From positions 480,001 to 512,000 of the forward strand of contig NC_008789.1 of assembly GCF_000015585.1 (NCBI RefSeq): DNA of 32,000 nucleotides. The letters are read 5' to 3'. The notes beneath the pieces were generated by a model. The model was not told where the DNA came from and did not search any database. It saw only the letters and a list, made by a program, of their open reading frames with translations. Shown here one piece after another: positions 14,641-25,563 of this stretch. A program made the translations under genes and the position numbers. This DNA is from Halorhodospira halophila SL1 (GTDB taxonomy: Bacteria > Pseudomonadota > Gammaproteobacteria > Nitrococcales > Halorhodospiraceae). Each line of letters opens with the position of its first letter. Within the stretch, counting starts at the first letter, position 1.

Positions 14641-16563
14641 ATGCCCGCCATTACCCTCCCTGACGGTTCCGTCAAAGCGTTCGACCACCCGGTCACCACC
14701 CGCGAGATCGCCGAGTCCATCGGCCGCAAGCTGGCCAAGGACGCCATTGTCGGGCGCGTGGACGGTGAGCTGATCGACCTGGATCGCCCCATCGAGCACG
14801 ACGCCTACGTCGAGATCGTCACCAGCAACGACCCGGACGGGCTTGAGGTGATCCGCCACTCGACGGCGCACCTGATGGCCCAGGCGGTCAAGCAGCTCCA
14901 CCCGGAGATGCAGGTCACCATCGGCCCGACGGTGGATAACGGCTTCTATTACGACTTCGCCGGCGAGCGCTCCCTCTCGGAGGACGAGCTCGAGACCATC
15001 GAGCAGCGCATGAGCGAGCTGGCCGAGGCGGATCACCCCGTCGAGCGCGAGGTCTGGGACCGTGAGGCAGCGCGGCAGTTCTTCCTGGAGCAAGGCGAGA
15101 CCTACAAGGCGCAGATCATCGACGACCTGCCCGAGAGCGAGACCATCACGGTCTACCGCCAGGGCGACTTTGCCGATCTGTGCCGCGGCCCCCACGTGCC
15201 GAGCACCGGCAAGCTCAAGGCGTTCAAGCTGACTAAGGTGGCGGGCGCTTACTGGCGCGGTGATCAGAACAACGAGATGCTCCAACGCGTCTACGGCACC
15301 GCCTGGCCGGACCGCAAGCAGCTCAAGGCCTACCTGGACCGCCTCGCCGAGGCCGAGCGGCGCGACCACCGGCGCCTCGGCCGGACCCAGGATCTCTTCC
15401 ACGTCCAGGAGGAGTCGCCGGGGATGGTCTTCTGGCACCCGCGCGGCTGGCGGCTCTACCTGGAGGTACAGGACTACATCCGCCGGCTGATGCGCGACAA
15501 CGGCTACCAGGAGATCCACACGCCGATGCTGGTAGATCGCAGCCTGTGGGAGCGCTCCGGGCACTGGGCGATGTTCGCCGAGAACATGTTCGTCACCGAG
15601 TCGGAGTCCCGCGACTACGCGGTCAAGCCGATGAACTGCCCATGCCACGTCGAGGTTTTCAAGCAGGGGTTGAAGAGCTATCGCGACCTGCCCCTGCGCC
15701 TGGCGGAGTTCGGCTCCTGCCACCGCAACGAGCCCTCCGGCACGCTCCACGGGCTGATGCGGGTGCGCGGCTTCGTGCAGGACGACGCGCATATCTTCTG
15801 CACCGAAAACCAGATCCAGGAGGAGGTGCGCACCTTCATCGACCTGGTCTACCGCGCCTACCGCGACTTCGGTTTCGAGGACGTACTCATCGCCCTCTCC
15901 ACCCGCCCGGACGAGCGGGTGGGCGACGACGCCCTCTGGGACAAGGCCGAGTCGGCCCTGGCCACCGCGCTGGAGACGCACGGGCTCGACTACACCCTGC
16001 AGCCCGGTGAGGGAGCCTTCTACGGGCCGAAGATCGAGTTCTCCCTGCGCGACTGCCTGGAGCGCGTCTGGCAGCTGGGCACCATTCAGGTGGACTTCTC
16101 CATGCCGGGCCGGCTGGGGGCGCAGTTCGTCGATGACGACGGCGAGCGGCGTACGCCGGTGATGCTCCACCGGGCTATTCTCGGGTCCCTGGAGCGCTTT
16201 ATCGGCATCCTGATCGAGCACTACGGCGGCGCCCTGCCCACCTGGCTCGCTCCGGTCCAGGCGGTGGTGCTCAACATCACCGACCGCCAGGCCGACTACG
16301 CCCGCTCGGTGGAACAACAGCTGCTGGAATCCGGCTTCCGCGCCGAGGCCGACTTGAGGAACGAGAAGATCGGCTATAAAATCCGCGAGCATACGTTGCA
16401 GAAGGTCCCCTACATGCTGGTGCTCGGGGACCGGGAGCTGGAAAGTGGTACGGTGGCCGTCCGCCACCGCGACGGCACCGACCTCGGCTCCATGGAACTG
16501 GAAGAGCTCGTAGCGCGGCTTAGCAACGATATCGCGGGTCACGAGCGCGAACAGGAGGATTAG
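14641..16563 (+). CDS. thrS: Threonine--tRNA ligase
   Basis: [28 protein letters not shown] is the canonical ThrS TGS N-terminus, and the class II core ([20 protein letters not shown]) follows. GGAGG lies 8 nt upstream of ATG 14641. The longer listed ORF (from 14488) overlaps the tRNA gene. Confidence 0.97.
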   Translation: MPAITLPDGSVKAFDHPVTTREIAESIGRKLAKDAIVGRVDGELIDLDRPIEHDAYVEIVTSNDPDGLEVIRHSTAHLMAQAVKQLHPEMQVTIGPTVDNGFYYDFAGERSLSEDELETIEQRMSELAEADHPVEREVWDREAARQFFLEQGETYKAQIIDDLPESETITVYRQGDFADLCRGPHVPSTGKLKAFKLTKVAGAYWRGDQNNEMLQRVYGTAWPDRKQLKAYLDRLAEAERRDHRRLGRTQDLFHVQEESPGMVFWHPRGWRLYLEVQDYIRRLMRDNGYQEIHTPMLVDRSLWERSGHWAMFAENMFVTESESRDYAVKPMNCPCHVEVFKQGLKSYRDLPLRLAEFGSCHRNEPSGTLHGLMRVRGFVQDDAHIFCTENQIQEEVRTFIDLVYRAYRDFGFEDVLIALSTRPDERVGDDALWDKAESALATALETHGLDYTLQPGEGAFYGPKIEFSLRDCLERVWQLGTIQVDFSMPGRLGAQFVDDDGERRTPVMLHRAILGSLERFIGILIEHYGGALPTWLAPVQAVVLNITDRQADYARSVEQQLLESGFRAEADLRNEKIGYKIREHTLQKVPYMLVLGDRELESGTVAVRHRDGTDLGSMELEELVARLSNDIAGHEREQED

Positions 16564-16566
16564 AGG

Positions 16567-17118
16567 ATCGCAACGAGACCGAAACGCGGGCGTGGCGGCA
16601 GTAGCGGCGACAATCGCCGTCTCAACGAGCAGATCACGGTACCGCAGGTGCGGCTGATCGGCTCGGACGGCGAACAGGTCGGCGTACTGGCCACTGAAGA
16701 CGCCCTTGCGCAGGCCGAGAACGAAGGGCTCGATCTTGTGGAAATCGATGGCAACGCGGACCCGCCGGTCTGCCGAGCCATGGACTACGGCAAGTTCAAG
16801 TTCGAGCAGAGCAAAAAGCAGCAGGCGGCGCGCAAGAAGCAAAAGCAGATCCAGGTCAAGGAGGTCAAATTCCGTCCGGGCACGGACGAAGGCGACTTCC
16901 AGGTCAAGCTTCGCAACCTGCGTCGGTTCCTCGAGGAAGGCGACAAGGCGAAGGTCACGATCCGCTTCCGCGGCCGGGAAATGGCGCACCAAGAGCTCGG
17001 TAAGCGCCTGCTCGATCGGCTCGAGGAAGAGCTCGGCGATGTCGGTACCGTGGACCAGCGGCCGCGAATGGAAGGGCGGCTGATGGTCATGATGATGAGC
17101 CCGCGCAAGGGCAAGTAG
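16567..17118 (+). CDS. infC: Translation initiation factor IF-3 (apparent AUC start)
   Basis: The listed ORF starts at GTG 16648, which would remove the conserved N-terminus. The frame is open from 16564 and encodes ..[18 protein letters not shown], aligning with E. coli RPNRINGEIRAQEVRLTG. The only plausible initiator is ATC 16567, 8 nt after AGGAGG (16553-16558). infC classically uses AUU. Confidence 0.88.
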   Translation: MATRPKRGRGGSSGDNRRLNEQITVPQVRLIGSDGEQVGVLATEDALAQAENEGLDLVEIDGNADPPVCRAMDYGKFKFEQSKKQQAARKKQKQIQVKEVKFRPGTDEGDFQVKLRNLRRFLEEGDKAKVTIRFRGREMAHQELGKRLLDRLEEELGDVGTVDQRPRMEGRLMVMMMSPRKGK

Positions 17119-17197
17119 GGTGTCGAACCACGCTGCGGGCGCGTTCCGCTAGTCAGGCGGCGCGCTCGCTTCTTTTTGTGATGAGGGGGAGGCAGCA

Positions 17198-17392
17198 ATG
17201 CCCAAGCTCAAGACCAATCGTGGCGCAGCGAAGCGCTTCAAGGTGAAGGCCTCCGGCCGGATCTCCCGCGCGCGCTCCAACCACAGCCACATCCTGACCA
17301 AGAAGGACCCGAAGCGGAAGCGCCGTCTGCGCGAGCTGACCGAGGTCCACGCGAGCGATGCGCCGATGGTCCGGCGCATGGTCGCCAAGTAA
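17198..17392 (+). CDS. rpmI: 50S ribosomal protein L35
   Basis: [22 protein letters not shown].. is the canonical L35 sequence; 64 aa. Confidence 0.97.
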   Translation: MPKLKTNRGAAKRFKVKASGRISRARSNHSHILTKKDPKRKRRLRELTEVHASDAPMVRRMVAK

Positions 17393-17410
17393 ATACGGGA
17401 GCGTTCTTCC

Positions 17411-18819
<1,409 letters not shown>

Positions 18820-18822
18820 ACC

Positions 18823-21201
18823 ATGCGTGTAAGTGAGCAGTGGCTGCGCGAGTGGGTGAACCCGTCGCTCTCGACCCAGGCGCTGGCGGAAGCCCTGACC
18901 ATGGCGGGCCTCGAGGTCGACGCCGTCGAACCCGCCGCCCCGCCCTTCAGCGGGGTAGTGGTCGGCGCGATCACCGACTGCCGACCCCATCCCGAGGCCG
19001 ACCGCCTCCAGGTCTGCACGGTGGACGCGGGAGGCGAGCGGCTGGAGATCGTCTGCGGGGCCCCCAACGCCCGCCCCGGGCTGCACGCCCCCCTGGCGCG
19101 TGCGGGTGCCGAGCTCCCGGGCGGGCTTCAGGTCCAGGCCACCGAGGTGCGCGGTGTGGCCTCGGCCGGGATGCTCTGCTCGGCCAGCGAGCTCGGCCTG
19201 GCCGACGAGGCCGGCGGCCTGCTGGAGCTGCCCGAGACCCTCGCGCTCGGCAACGATCTGCGCCAGGCCCTGGCACTGGATGACACGATCCTTGAGATCG
19301 ACCTCACGCCAAACCGCGCCGACTGCCTGGGCATGACCGGGATTGCCCGGGATGTGGCGGCGCGCACGGGTGCCGAGATGCAGTCCACCGAGCCGCTGCC
19401 GGTGCCGGCGGCCTGCGATGCGCAGCTGGAGATCTCGCTCCAGGCCGAGGCGGACTGCCCGCGCTACACCGGCCGGGTGATCCACGACGTGAACCCGCAG
19501 GCGCCCACCCCCATCTGGATGCGTGAACGCCTGCGCCGTGCCGGGATCCGCAGCGTTTCGGCCCTGGTCGATATCACCAACTACGTGATGCTCGAGTCCG
19601 GTCAGCCGCTGCACGCCTTCGACCTGGACCGCCTGGCACCGCCCGTCACGGCACGGCGGGCGCACTCCGGCGAGACCCTCACCCTGCTCGGCGGGGAGCA
19701 GGTGGAACTCGATGACGGGGTGCTGGTCATCGCCGATGCTAACGGGCCGGTGGCATTCGCCGGCGTCATGGGCGGCGAGACGACGGCCGTGAGTGACGAG
19801 ACCACGAGCATCTTCCTGGAGGCGGCGCACTTCCACCCCACCACCATCGCCGGACGCGCCCGGCGCTACGGCCTGCACACCGATTCCTCCCACCGTTTCG
19901 AGCGAGGGGTGGACTTCGAGGCGCCGCGCGCGGCCAGCGAGCGCGCCACGCAGCTGGTTATCGAAATCTGCGGTGGCCGGCCCGGGCCGATCAACGAGGC
20001 CGTGGCCCATCAGGCACTGCCGCAACGCGCACCCATCGAACTGCGCCGAGAACGGCTGGAGGGACTGCTCGGCTGGTCCATCGAGCCGGAACAGGTCACC
20101 GGCATGCTCCGGCGCCTGGGCACGGAACCTGAACCCAGCGCCGATGGGTGGCGGGTTCAGCCGCCGAGCTGGCGCTTCGACATGGAGCGCGAGGTCGACC
20201 TGATCGAGGAGGTGGCCCGCCTCTACGGCTTCGACAATGTGCCGGAGCGGCCCCTGCGCGCCCCGCTGCACGTGGCCACGGCCCCGGAGCAACAACTCGA
20301 CGACCGTCCGCTGCGCACTACGCTGGTCGAACGCGGCTACTTCGAGGCGATCAATTACGCCTTCGTCGATCCGCAACTCCAACAGCGCCTGGACCCGGAA
20401 TCCGAGGCCCTGCCGCTGGCCAACCCGCTCTCGGCGGAGTTGGCGGTGATGCGCACCTCCCTGTGGCCCGGCCTGCTGATGGCGGCACAGCGCAATCAGC
20501 ACCGCCAGCATGAGCGCGTGCGACTGTTCGAGTGCGGGCGCACCTTCCGCGGCCACCTCGACGATCTGGCCCAGACCCCCATGCTCGCCGGCCTGGCCGC
20601 CGGGCCCCGCTACGCCGAGCAGTGGGATGCGCCACGCCGGAGCGTGGACTTCTTCGACGTCAAGGCCGACCTCGAAGCCCTGATCGCCCAGACCGGCAAC
20701 GCCTCCGCGTTCACCTTCGAGCCGGCACAGCACCCGGCCCTGCACCCGGGCCAGAGCGCCCGGATCCTGCGCGACGGGGTCTCGGTCGGCTGGCTCGGCA
20801 CCCTGCACCCCGAGCACGCCGACGCCCTGGAGCTCCACGGCGCCCCGGTGCTCTTCGAGATCACCCTGGAGGCGCTGAGCAGGGCGGAGCTGCCGCGCTT
20901 CCAGCCCATCTCGCGGTATCCGTCCATCCGCCGGGATCTGGCGGTGCTGGTGGACGACCACGTTCCCGCGGGCGAGTTGCTGCGCACCGCCCGCGAGGCA
21001 GCCGGCGATTGCGCCGTCGGCGGCCGGCTGTTCGACGTCTACCGCGGCAAGGGCGTCCCGGATGGCCAGAAAAGCATCGCCATGGGCTTGATTTTGCAGG
21101 ATTATTCCCGCACGCTTACGGATCGCGACGTGGACGACGTCATGGCGGGCGTGGTCTCCCGCCTGCAGCAACAGTTCGGAGCGAGCTTGAGAGGGGAGTA
21201 G
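18823..21201 (+). CDS. pheT: Phenylalanine--tRNA ligase beta subunit
   Basis: 792 aa starting [14 protein letters not shown] (E. coli [14 protein letters not shown]). tRNA-binding, B3/B4, B5 and FDX-ACB regions are recognisable. Confidence 0.97.
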   Translation: MRVSEQWLREWVNPSLSTQALAEALTMAGLEVDAVEPAAPPFSGVVVGAITDCRPHPEADRLQVCTVDAGGERLEIVCGAPNARPGLHAPLARAGAELPGGLQVQATEVRGVASAGMLCSASELGLADEAGGLLELPETLALGNDLRQALALDDTILEIDLTPNRADCLGMTGIARDVAARTGAEMQSTEPLPVPAACDAQLEISLQAEADCPRYTGRVIHDVNPQAPTPIWMRERLRRAGIRSVSALVDITNYVMLESGQPLHAFDLDRLAPPVTARRAHSGETLTLLGGEQVELDDGVLVIADANGPVAFAGVMGGETTAVSDETTSIFLEAAHFHPTTIAGRARRYGLHTDSSHRFERGVDFEAPRAASERATQLVIEICGGRPGPINEAVAHQALPQRAPIELRRERLEGLLGWSIEPEQVTGMLRRLGTEPEPSADGWRVQPPSWRFDMEREVDLIEEVARLYGFDNVPERPLRAPLHVATAPEQQLDDRPLRTTLVERGYFEAINYAFVDPQLQQRLDPESEALPLANPLSAELAVMRTSLWPGLLMAAQRNQHRQHERVRLFECGRTFRGHLDDLAQTPMLAGLAAGPRYAEQWDAPRRSVDFFDVKADLEALIAQTGNASAFTFEPAQHPALHPGQSARILRDGVSVGWLGTLHPEHADALELHGAPVLFEITLEALSRAELPRFQPISRYPSIRRDLAVLVDDHVPAGELLRTAREAAGDCAVGGRLFDVYRGKGVPDGQKSIAMGLILQDYSRTLTDRDVDDVMAGVVSRLQQQFGASLRGE

Positions 21202-21202
21202 G

Positions 21203-21508
21203 ATGTCGCTGACCAAGGCGGACATGGCCGAGCGGCTCTTCGAGGAAGTCGGCTTGAACAAGCGCGAGGCCAAGGAGCTGGTCGAACTCTTCTTCGAGGA
21301 GATCCGTACCGCCCTCGAGAACGGGGAACCGGTCAAGCTCTCCAGCTTCGGCAACTTTGAGCTGCGCGACAAGAACGAACGGCCCGGCCGCAACCCGAAG
21401 ACCGGGGAAGAGATCCCCATTTCCGCCCGGCGCGTGGTGACCTTCCGCCCCGGCCAGAAGCTCAAGAGCCGCGTCGAGAGCTATGCCGGAACCCGAGAAG
21501 AGCAGTGA
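21203..21508 (+). CDS. ihfA: Integration host factor alpha subunit
   Basis: [35 protein letters not shown]...[29 protein letters not shown] is the canonical IHF-alpha sequence. Confidence 0.96.
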   Translation: MSLTKADMAERLFEEVGLNKREAKELVELFFEEIRTALENGEPVKLSSFGNFELRDKNERPGRNPKTGEEIPISARRVVTFRPGQKLKSRVESYAGTREEQ

Positions 21509-21845
21509 GGGCGACCTCCCGCCGATCCCGTCGAAGCGGTACTTCACCATCGGCGAGGTCAGCCAGCTGTGTGCCGTCAAACCTCACGTACTGCGCTACT
21601 GGGAACAGGAATTCCCGCAGCTGAGACCCGTCAAGCGCCGCGGTAACCGGCGCTACTACCAGCGCCACGATGTCATCCTGATCCGCCGTATCCGCGCCCT
21701 GCTCTACGAGGAGGGCTTTACCATCGGCGGCGCCCGCCAGAAGCTGGAAGGTGGCGAAGAGCGCGAGGACGTCGCCCAGAGCCAGCAGATCATCCGGCAG
21801 ATGCGCATCGAACTCGAGGGTGTGCTCAACATCCTCAAGCGCTGA
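21483..21845 (+). CDS. MerR-family transcriptional regulator
   Basis: [45 protein letters not shown] is a MerR-type wHTH. It overlaps the ihfA 3' end by 26 nt. No alternative in-frame start lies before the HTH. Confidence 0.88.
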   Translation: MPEPEKSSEGDLPPIPSKRYFTIGEVSQLCAVKPHVLRYWEQEFPQLRPVKRRGNRRYYQRHDVILIRRIRALLYEEGFTIGGARQKLEGGEEREDVAQSQQIIRQMRIELEGVLNILKR

Positions 21846-21849
21846 TCCC

Positions 21850-21878
21850 TTGTCTCCCCAGGACGCGATCCGTATACT
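21850..21878 (+). promoter_or_regulatory. Sigma70-type promoter of tRNA-Pro
   Basis: TTGTCT (21850-21855), 17-nt spacer, TATACT (21873-21878), then a GC-rich discriminator. The tRNA 5' end lies 13 nt downstream. Confidence 0.55.
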
Positions 21879-21891
21879 CTGCGACCTGAGT

Positions 21892-21968
21892 CGGGGCGTG
21901 GCGCAGTCTGGTAGCGCACCTGCATGGGGTGCAGGGGGTCGCAGGTTCAAATCCTGCCGCCCCGACCA
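21892..21968 (+). tRNA. tRNA-Pro (anticodon GGG)
   Basis: 77 nt folded by hand: acceptor CGGGGCG/CGCCCCG, D arm GCGC-AGTCTGGTA-GCGC, anticodon arm CCTGC-ATGGGGT-GCAGG, T arm GCAGG-TTCAAAT-CCTGC, encoded CCA. Confidence 0.95.
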
Positions 21969-21974
21969 AACACC

Positions 21975-22011
21975 AAAAGGCCGCGGAACGGGATCGTTCC
22001 GCGGCCTTTTT
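21975..22011. terminator. Bidirectional rho-independent terminator
   Basis: AAAAGGCCGCGGAACG-GGAT-CGTTCCGCGGCCTTTTT is a perfect 12-bp GC stem flanked by an A-run and a T-run. It lies between tRNA-Pro (+) and the convergent gene ending at 22043 (-). Confidence 0.75.
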
Positions 22012-22042
22012 CGTCGGGGGTCGCCGACGTCAGGCCCGAGTG

Positions 22043-22585
22043 TTACTGGTTGCCCGGGTTCTCCGGAGCATTACCCCGCGCCTCATCGGCCCGCTGCTCA
22101 GCCTCCTGGCGCGCGTCGTCCTGCGCCGACCGACCTTGTTCCCGGGCCTCATCTGCCTGCTCCCGGGCCGATTCGCGGGCCTGCTCCCGCGCCTCTTCCG
22201 CTTGCTCACGAGCCGCTTCGCGGGCCTCTTCGCCGCGTTCCTGACCGGCTTCCCGCGCTTGCGACGCACGTTCCTCGCCCTGGCCACGGGCTTCTTCCGC
22301 ACGTTCCTGACCGAATCCCCGACCGTCCTCACGCGCCTCGTTGGCCGTCTCCAAGCCCTCTGCGGCGCGCTCCTGGGCCTGATCCGCGGCCTCCTCCGGC
22401 AGCTCGATCTCCTGTGCCACCTCCTCCTCGGTGGTTTCTTCATCGAGCAGACGCATGGTCGCGTCCAGGGCGTCGTCCTCCGACTCCTCCGCGGCCACCG
22501 GCACGGCCAGCGAGACCATCAACAGCCCCGCCGGCAACAGCCCGTAGCGCAGGGTGCGGCTGGTACTGTTCAGCTTGATCATCAT
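22043..22585 (-). CDS. Secreted, highly acidic low-complexity repeat protein
   Basis: It has a signal-peptide-like N-terminus (LLPAGLLMVSLAVPVAA/EE). The mature part consists almost entirely of E/A/R/Q/G in degenerate heptad-like repeats (EEAREQARESAREQADEAREQG). It is the last gene of the sigma/anti-sigma operon. Confidence 0.65.
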   Translation of the reverse strand: MMIKLNSTSRTLRYGLLPAGLLMVSLAVPVAAEESEDDALDATMRLLDEETTEEEVAQEIELPEEAADQAQERAAEGLETANEAREDGRGFGQERAEEARGQGEERASQAREAGQERGEEAREAAREQAEEAREQARESAREQADEAREQGRSAQDDARQEAEQRADEARGNAPENPGNQ

Positions 22586-22633
22586 CGTGGCGTCCTCCTC
22601 TGGGAAACATCGCTCGTTGACGGATCAACGCGC

Positions 22634-23299
22634 TCAAGACTCACTTTCGCGGCGCTGCGCGAGGGTGACCGGCAACCGCAGTTCCCGGGAACGGCCCTCG
22701 TGCTCGATGCGGGTCACCAATTCCCCCTCCTCGATCCCTGCCCCTGGCACGCCGCGCACCGGGAGGGTCAACCGGTTGGCGCCCGGCTCCAGATCACCCT
22801 CCCAGCTGATCAGCCGCCGGGAGGGTTGGCCCGCCAACTCGAAGCCGTCGGGGACCTCGACGTGGAACCGGACCCCCTCCATACGCCGCTCGGCGTCAAT
22901 GGCCAACCGGACCTCCTGGACCTCGCCCTCTCCCGTTTCAGCCAGCGGTGGCTCTGGATGCGTAGGCTGCCGGTCGTAGAGGGCCAACCCGCCTCCGGCG
23001 AGGATCGCCACCGCCGCCACGCCGGCCACCAGGCGCTGCCGGACCGTGGACCCGGTGGTGTGCTCGACTCGCGCCCGACGCAGTTGCGCCGCCACCCAGC
23101 CGGGCGAGACCGCATCCCGGCGATCCAGGCTGGCCAGGTGCCGACGGAGGCGGAGACCATCGTGGTGCCAGGCCCGGCACGCCGGGCAGGCTGCCAGGTG
23201 CGCGTGGCAGCGCTCCGCCCGGGCGCTGTCCAGCTCCCCCGCCTCCAGCTCCAACAGGCTTGCGCGACACTCCCGGCAATCCATGGTCCGCTCCGTCAT
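22634..23299 (-). CDS. Anti-sigma factor, zinc-finger (ZAS, zf-HC2) type, single-pass membrane
   Basis: MTERTMDCRECRASLLELEAGEL..CHAHLAACPACRAWH contains the H-x3-C-x2-C motif. A TM segment (LVAGVAAVAILAGGGLAL) and a periplasmic C-domain follow. ATG 23299 overlaps the sigma gene stop (TGATG). Confidence 0.8.
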   Translation of the reverse strand: MTERTMDCRECRASLLELEAGELDSARAERCHAHLAACPACRAWHHDGLRLRRHLASLDRRDAVSPGWVAAQLRRARVEHTTGSTVRQRLVAGVAAVAILAGGGLALYDRQPTHPEPPLAETGEGEVQEVRLAIDAERRMEGVRFHVEVPDGFELAGQPSRRLISWEGDLEPGANRLTLPVRGVPGAGIEEGELVTRIEHEGRSRELRLPVTLAQRRESES

Positions 23300-23904
23300 C
23301 ACTGCGTGCCCTCCCCGTCCCAACACGCGCCGGCTCCGGACTCGGTTCCGTCCAGCAGGCGTCGGCGCAGGCGATCTCGCGCCCGTGCCAGCCGCGATTT
23401 CAGGGTGCCCTTGCTCACCGCCGAGATCTCGGCCACCTCATCCAGCGAGAAGCCCTCGACGTAATGGAGAATAACCACGCTGCGTTGCGCCTCGGGCAGC
23501 GCGTCCAGGGCGCGCTGCAACCGCTCGCGGGTCAGCGCCTGCTCGACCAGCTCCGCCGGACCGTCACCCGGCTCAGCCACGGTATAGGGGGCATGGGGAT
23601 CGTCCTGGGATTGATCCTCCCAGGGCGGACGCGCCCGACGGCGTCGGTAGCGATCCACCCAGAGGTTATGGAGCGACCGGGCGAGCCACGGGTAGGGTTG
23701 ATCGAGGGCCAACAGCTCATGACTGCGCGGGTAAAGTCGACTGAGCAGCTCCTGGATAAGCTCCTCGGCCTCGGCATCGTCGCCGCAAAGCCGGCGCGCG
23801 AAGCCGTAGAGGCTGCCCAGGTGGCGACCGATGACGGTCTCGAAGGCGGTCTGCTCGCCGCGGCGTCTCCACAGGTTCAATAGCGTGGCCATACTCACCC
23901 CCAC
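23299..23904 (-). CDS. ECF (RpoE-like) RNA polymerase sigma factor
   Basis: Region 2 (FETVIGRHLGSLYGFARRLCGDDAEAEELIQE, YPWLARSLHNLWVDRYRR) and region 4 (LPEAQRSVVILHYVEGFSLDEVAEISAVSKGTLKSRLARARDRLR). The start is either GTG 23904 or ATG 23892. Confidence 0.9.
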   Translation of the reverse strand: MGVSMATLLNLWRRRGEQTAFETVIGRHLGSLYGFARRLCGDDAEAEELIQELLSRLYPRSHELLALDQPYPWLARSLHNLWVDRYRRRRARPPWEDQSQDDPHAPYTVAEPGDGPAELVEQALTRERLQRALDALPEAQRSVVILHYVEGFSLDEVAEISAVSKGTLKSRLARARDRLRRRLLDGTESGAGACWDGEGTQ

Positions 23905-23929
23905 GCAGGAGACACCCCGGCGGTTCCCT

Positions 23930-25219
23930 TTAGAAGCTTCGGTCGATGAACAGGCTCACCTCGGCGCGCTGGGCGGTATAGGTCTCCAGACCACCCTCCT
24001 CCACGGTCCCGTAGGTCCGCAGATCGTCGATGTGCTCAAGGCGCAGCTGCGCCCCGAGCCGCCAGGCGCGTCCGGCGGGCTGATGGATCGCCATCAGATC
24101 CAGCCGGTAGCGAGTATCGGTACGGCGCCGACGATCGTCACCGTAGTCGTGTCGGTCCCGGTAATCGGCATGGACCCATTCCGGACGCGCAGTCAACGAC
24201 CACGCCGGCGCAGCCTGCCAGGCCAGCCGGGCACCAAGGCGCTGGCGTACCGGGGAATAGCTGACGAACGCCCCATTGCCGGACCAATCCTCGCGGTCGT
24301 GGTGCTCCACTTGGTAGTAAGCCAACCAGCGCAGGGCGCCAACCCGATCCTCCACCCCCAGTCGCAGCCGGTGCTCCAGGCCATCGAGATAGCCCCGGTC
24401 ATTGCCTCCGCGGTGGGCGCGCAGCCGATAGCGCGCCACGAGCCAGCCACGCCCGGGGCTGTTCCAGCGCCCCTGAACCTGGCCCTCGACGCGCCGATCG
24501 ACACCACCGATCCCGCGATTCATGGCCCCGGCGCCGACGCCGTAGCCAAGCTCCACCCGCCCCACGGGCCGCTCGCGCAGGACATCCACGGCTGCGTCCG
24601 TGAAGTCGTAATCGCCCTCGCTGCCGTGGCTGCGGTGGTAGACACTGCCTTGCGCGACCACACCGTCGCGCCGGGTCCCCCGGGCCTGCCAGGCCGCATG
24701 GCCGAACAGGTCGAGGAAGGGATCGCCGTCGCCGGCGAAGGCGCGCGCATTGTCCAGGGTCAGGTCCGAGTCGTAGCCCGCGCCGATCTGCATGTAGCCA
24801 GTGACCGCCGGGCGGGCGTGTTCCAGCTCCTCCAGCCGAGACGCCACTAAGCGCTGCAGGCGTTCAGCGCGGGCCTGCTGCTGAGCCCGCCGCCACCAGT
24901 ACTCAGCCGCCGCCCAGTCCCCCCGCTGCCCCGCAGCGCGCCCCAGGTTGAAGGCGGCCAGCGCGCCCAACTCCGGATCGCCGAGGACGGCTGCAAAAGC
25001 CCGCTCGGCCACCCGGTACTCGCCGGCCTGATACTCGGTCACGCCCTGATTGAAGCGCTCCGTCGGGTTGTCCGCCCACACGGGCCCGACGAACGCCGCC
25101 AACACGATCACCACCAGCAGACCCCCGAGCAACCGCGCCACGGAAAATCCACGCTGATGACTCAAGAAATCAGACGAAGTGCCGACACCTCTGCTGAGGG
25201 TCAGTGAGCCTGGTTTCAC
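23930..25219 (-). CDS. TPR-containing predicted outer-membrane beta-barrel protein (DUF560/Slam-like architecture, tentative)
   Basis: Signal peptide (LLGGLLVVIVLAAFVGPVWA), then a TPR-like region (FNQGVTEYQAGEYRVAERAFAAVL..AAFNLGRAAGQRGDWAAAEYWWRRA). An approximately 290-aa region with alternating hydrophobic/polar residues ends in a terminal Phe (SLFIDRSF), a beta-signal. The start is uncertain (GTG 25219 or an internal TTG before SHQRGFSVAR). Confidence 0.72.
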   Translation of the reverse strand: MKPGSLTLSRGVGTSSDFLSHQRGFSVARLLGGLLVVIVLAAFVGPVWADNPTERFNQGVTEYQAGEYRVAERAFAAVLGDPELGALAAFNLGRAAGQRGDWAAAEYWWRRAQQQARAERLQRLVASRLEELEHARPAVTGYMQIGAGYDSDLTLDNARAFAGDGDPFLDLFGHAAWQARGTRRDGVVAQGSVYHRSHGSEGDYDFTDAAVDVLRERPVGRVELGYGVGAGAMNRGIGGVDRRVEGQVQGRWNSPGRGWLVARYRLRAHRGGNDRGYLDGLEHRLRLGVEDRVGALRWLAYYQVEHHDREDWSGNGAFVSYSPVRQRLGARLAWQAAPAWSLTARPEWVHADYRDRHDYGDDRRRRTDTRYRLDLMAIHQPAGRAWRLGAQLRLEHIDDLRTYGTVEEGGLETYTAQRAEVSLFIDRSF

Positions 25220-25244
25220 TTTCGCTCCCAGTCAGGGTCGATCA

Positions 25245-25517
25245 ATGAGCATTGTCAGTGGTGTCGGCACGGTAGCCGGTCTGTTCGGCGCCTACCAGGG
25301 GTACCAGGCGCAGCAGCGCGCCCAGGAGACGCGTGAGGATCAGACCAACCTCCTGCGCGAGCAGCTCGAGGTGGCCCACGAGAAAAAGCATGAGTACGCC
25401 GACGCCCTGCGCGCCGTCGAGAAGGCGCTGGAGCAGGTCAATGACAGTGGCGCCATCGAGCCGGAACAGCTTGAGGCCCTCGAGCGCAAGGGGCTGAACA
25501 TCGACGAGCAGGCGTGA
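25245..25517 (+). CDS. Hypothetical small protein (Gly/Ala-rich hydrophobic N-terminus plus coiled-coil)
   Basis: MSIVSGVGTVAGLFGAYQGYQAQQRAQETREDQTNLLREQLEVAHEKK.. from ATG 25245, inside listed ORF 25179-25517. Weak SD and no known motif. Confidence 0.4.
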   Translation: MSIVSGVGTVAGLFGAYQGYQAQQRAQETREDQTNLLREQLEVAHEKKHEYADALRAVEKALEQVNDSGAIEPEQLEALERKGLNIDEQA

Positions 25518-25563
25518 GGTCCATGGAGACTCCCCAACTCCACCCACTGACGCCTGCAGCGTC

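Noticed and set aside
14635-16992. 785-aa minus-strand ORF opposite thrS/infC. The 1056-aa ORF 18295-21465 opposite pheS/pheT/ihfA is similar.
   Set aside because: These are antisense shadow ORFs, typical of high-GC DNA. Their products are low-complexity (R/A/G/L/V/P rich) with no motifs, whereas the plus-strand products are unmistakable housekeeping proteins.
22090-22420. Periodic DNA repeats that might be taken for a CRISPR array or VNTR.
   Set aside because: The periodicity is codon-level repetition of the E/A/R/Q repeat protein. The units are short and degenerate with no unique spacers.
21751-23464. Plus-strand ORFs 21751-22578 (275 aa) and 21929-23464 (511 aa).
   Set aside because: They read through tRNA-Pro and its terminator, are antisense to the acidic-protein and anti-sigma genes, and give proline/arginine-rich nonsense products.
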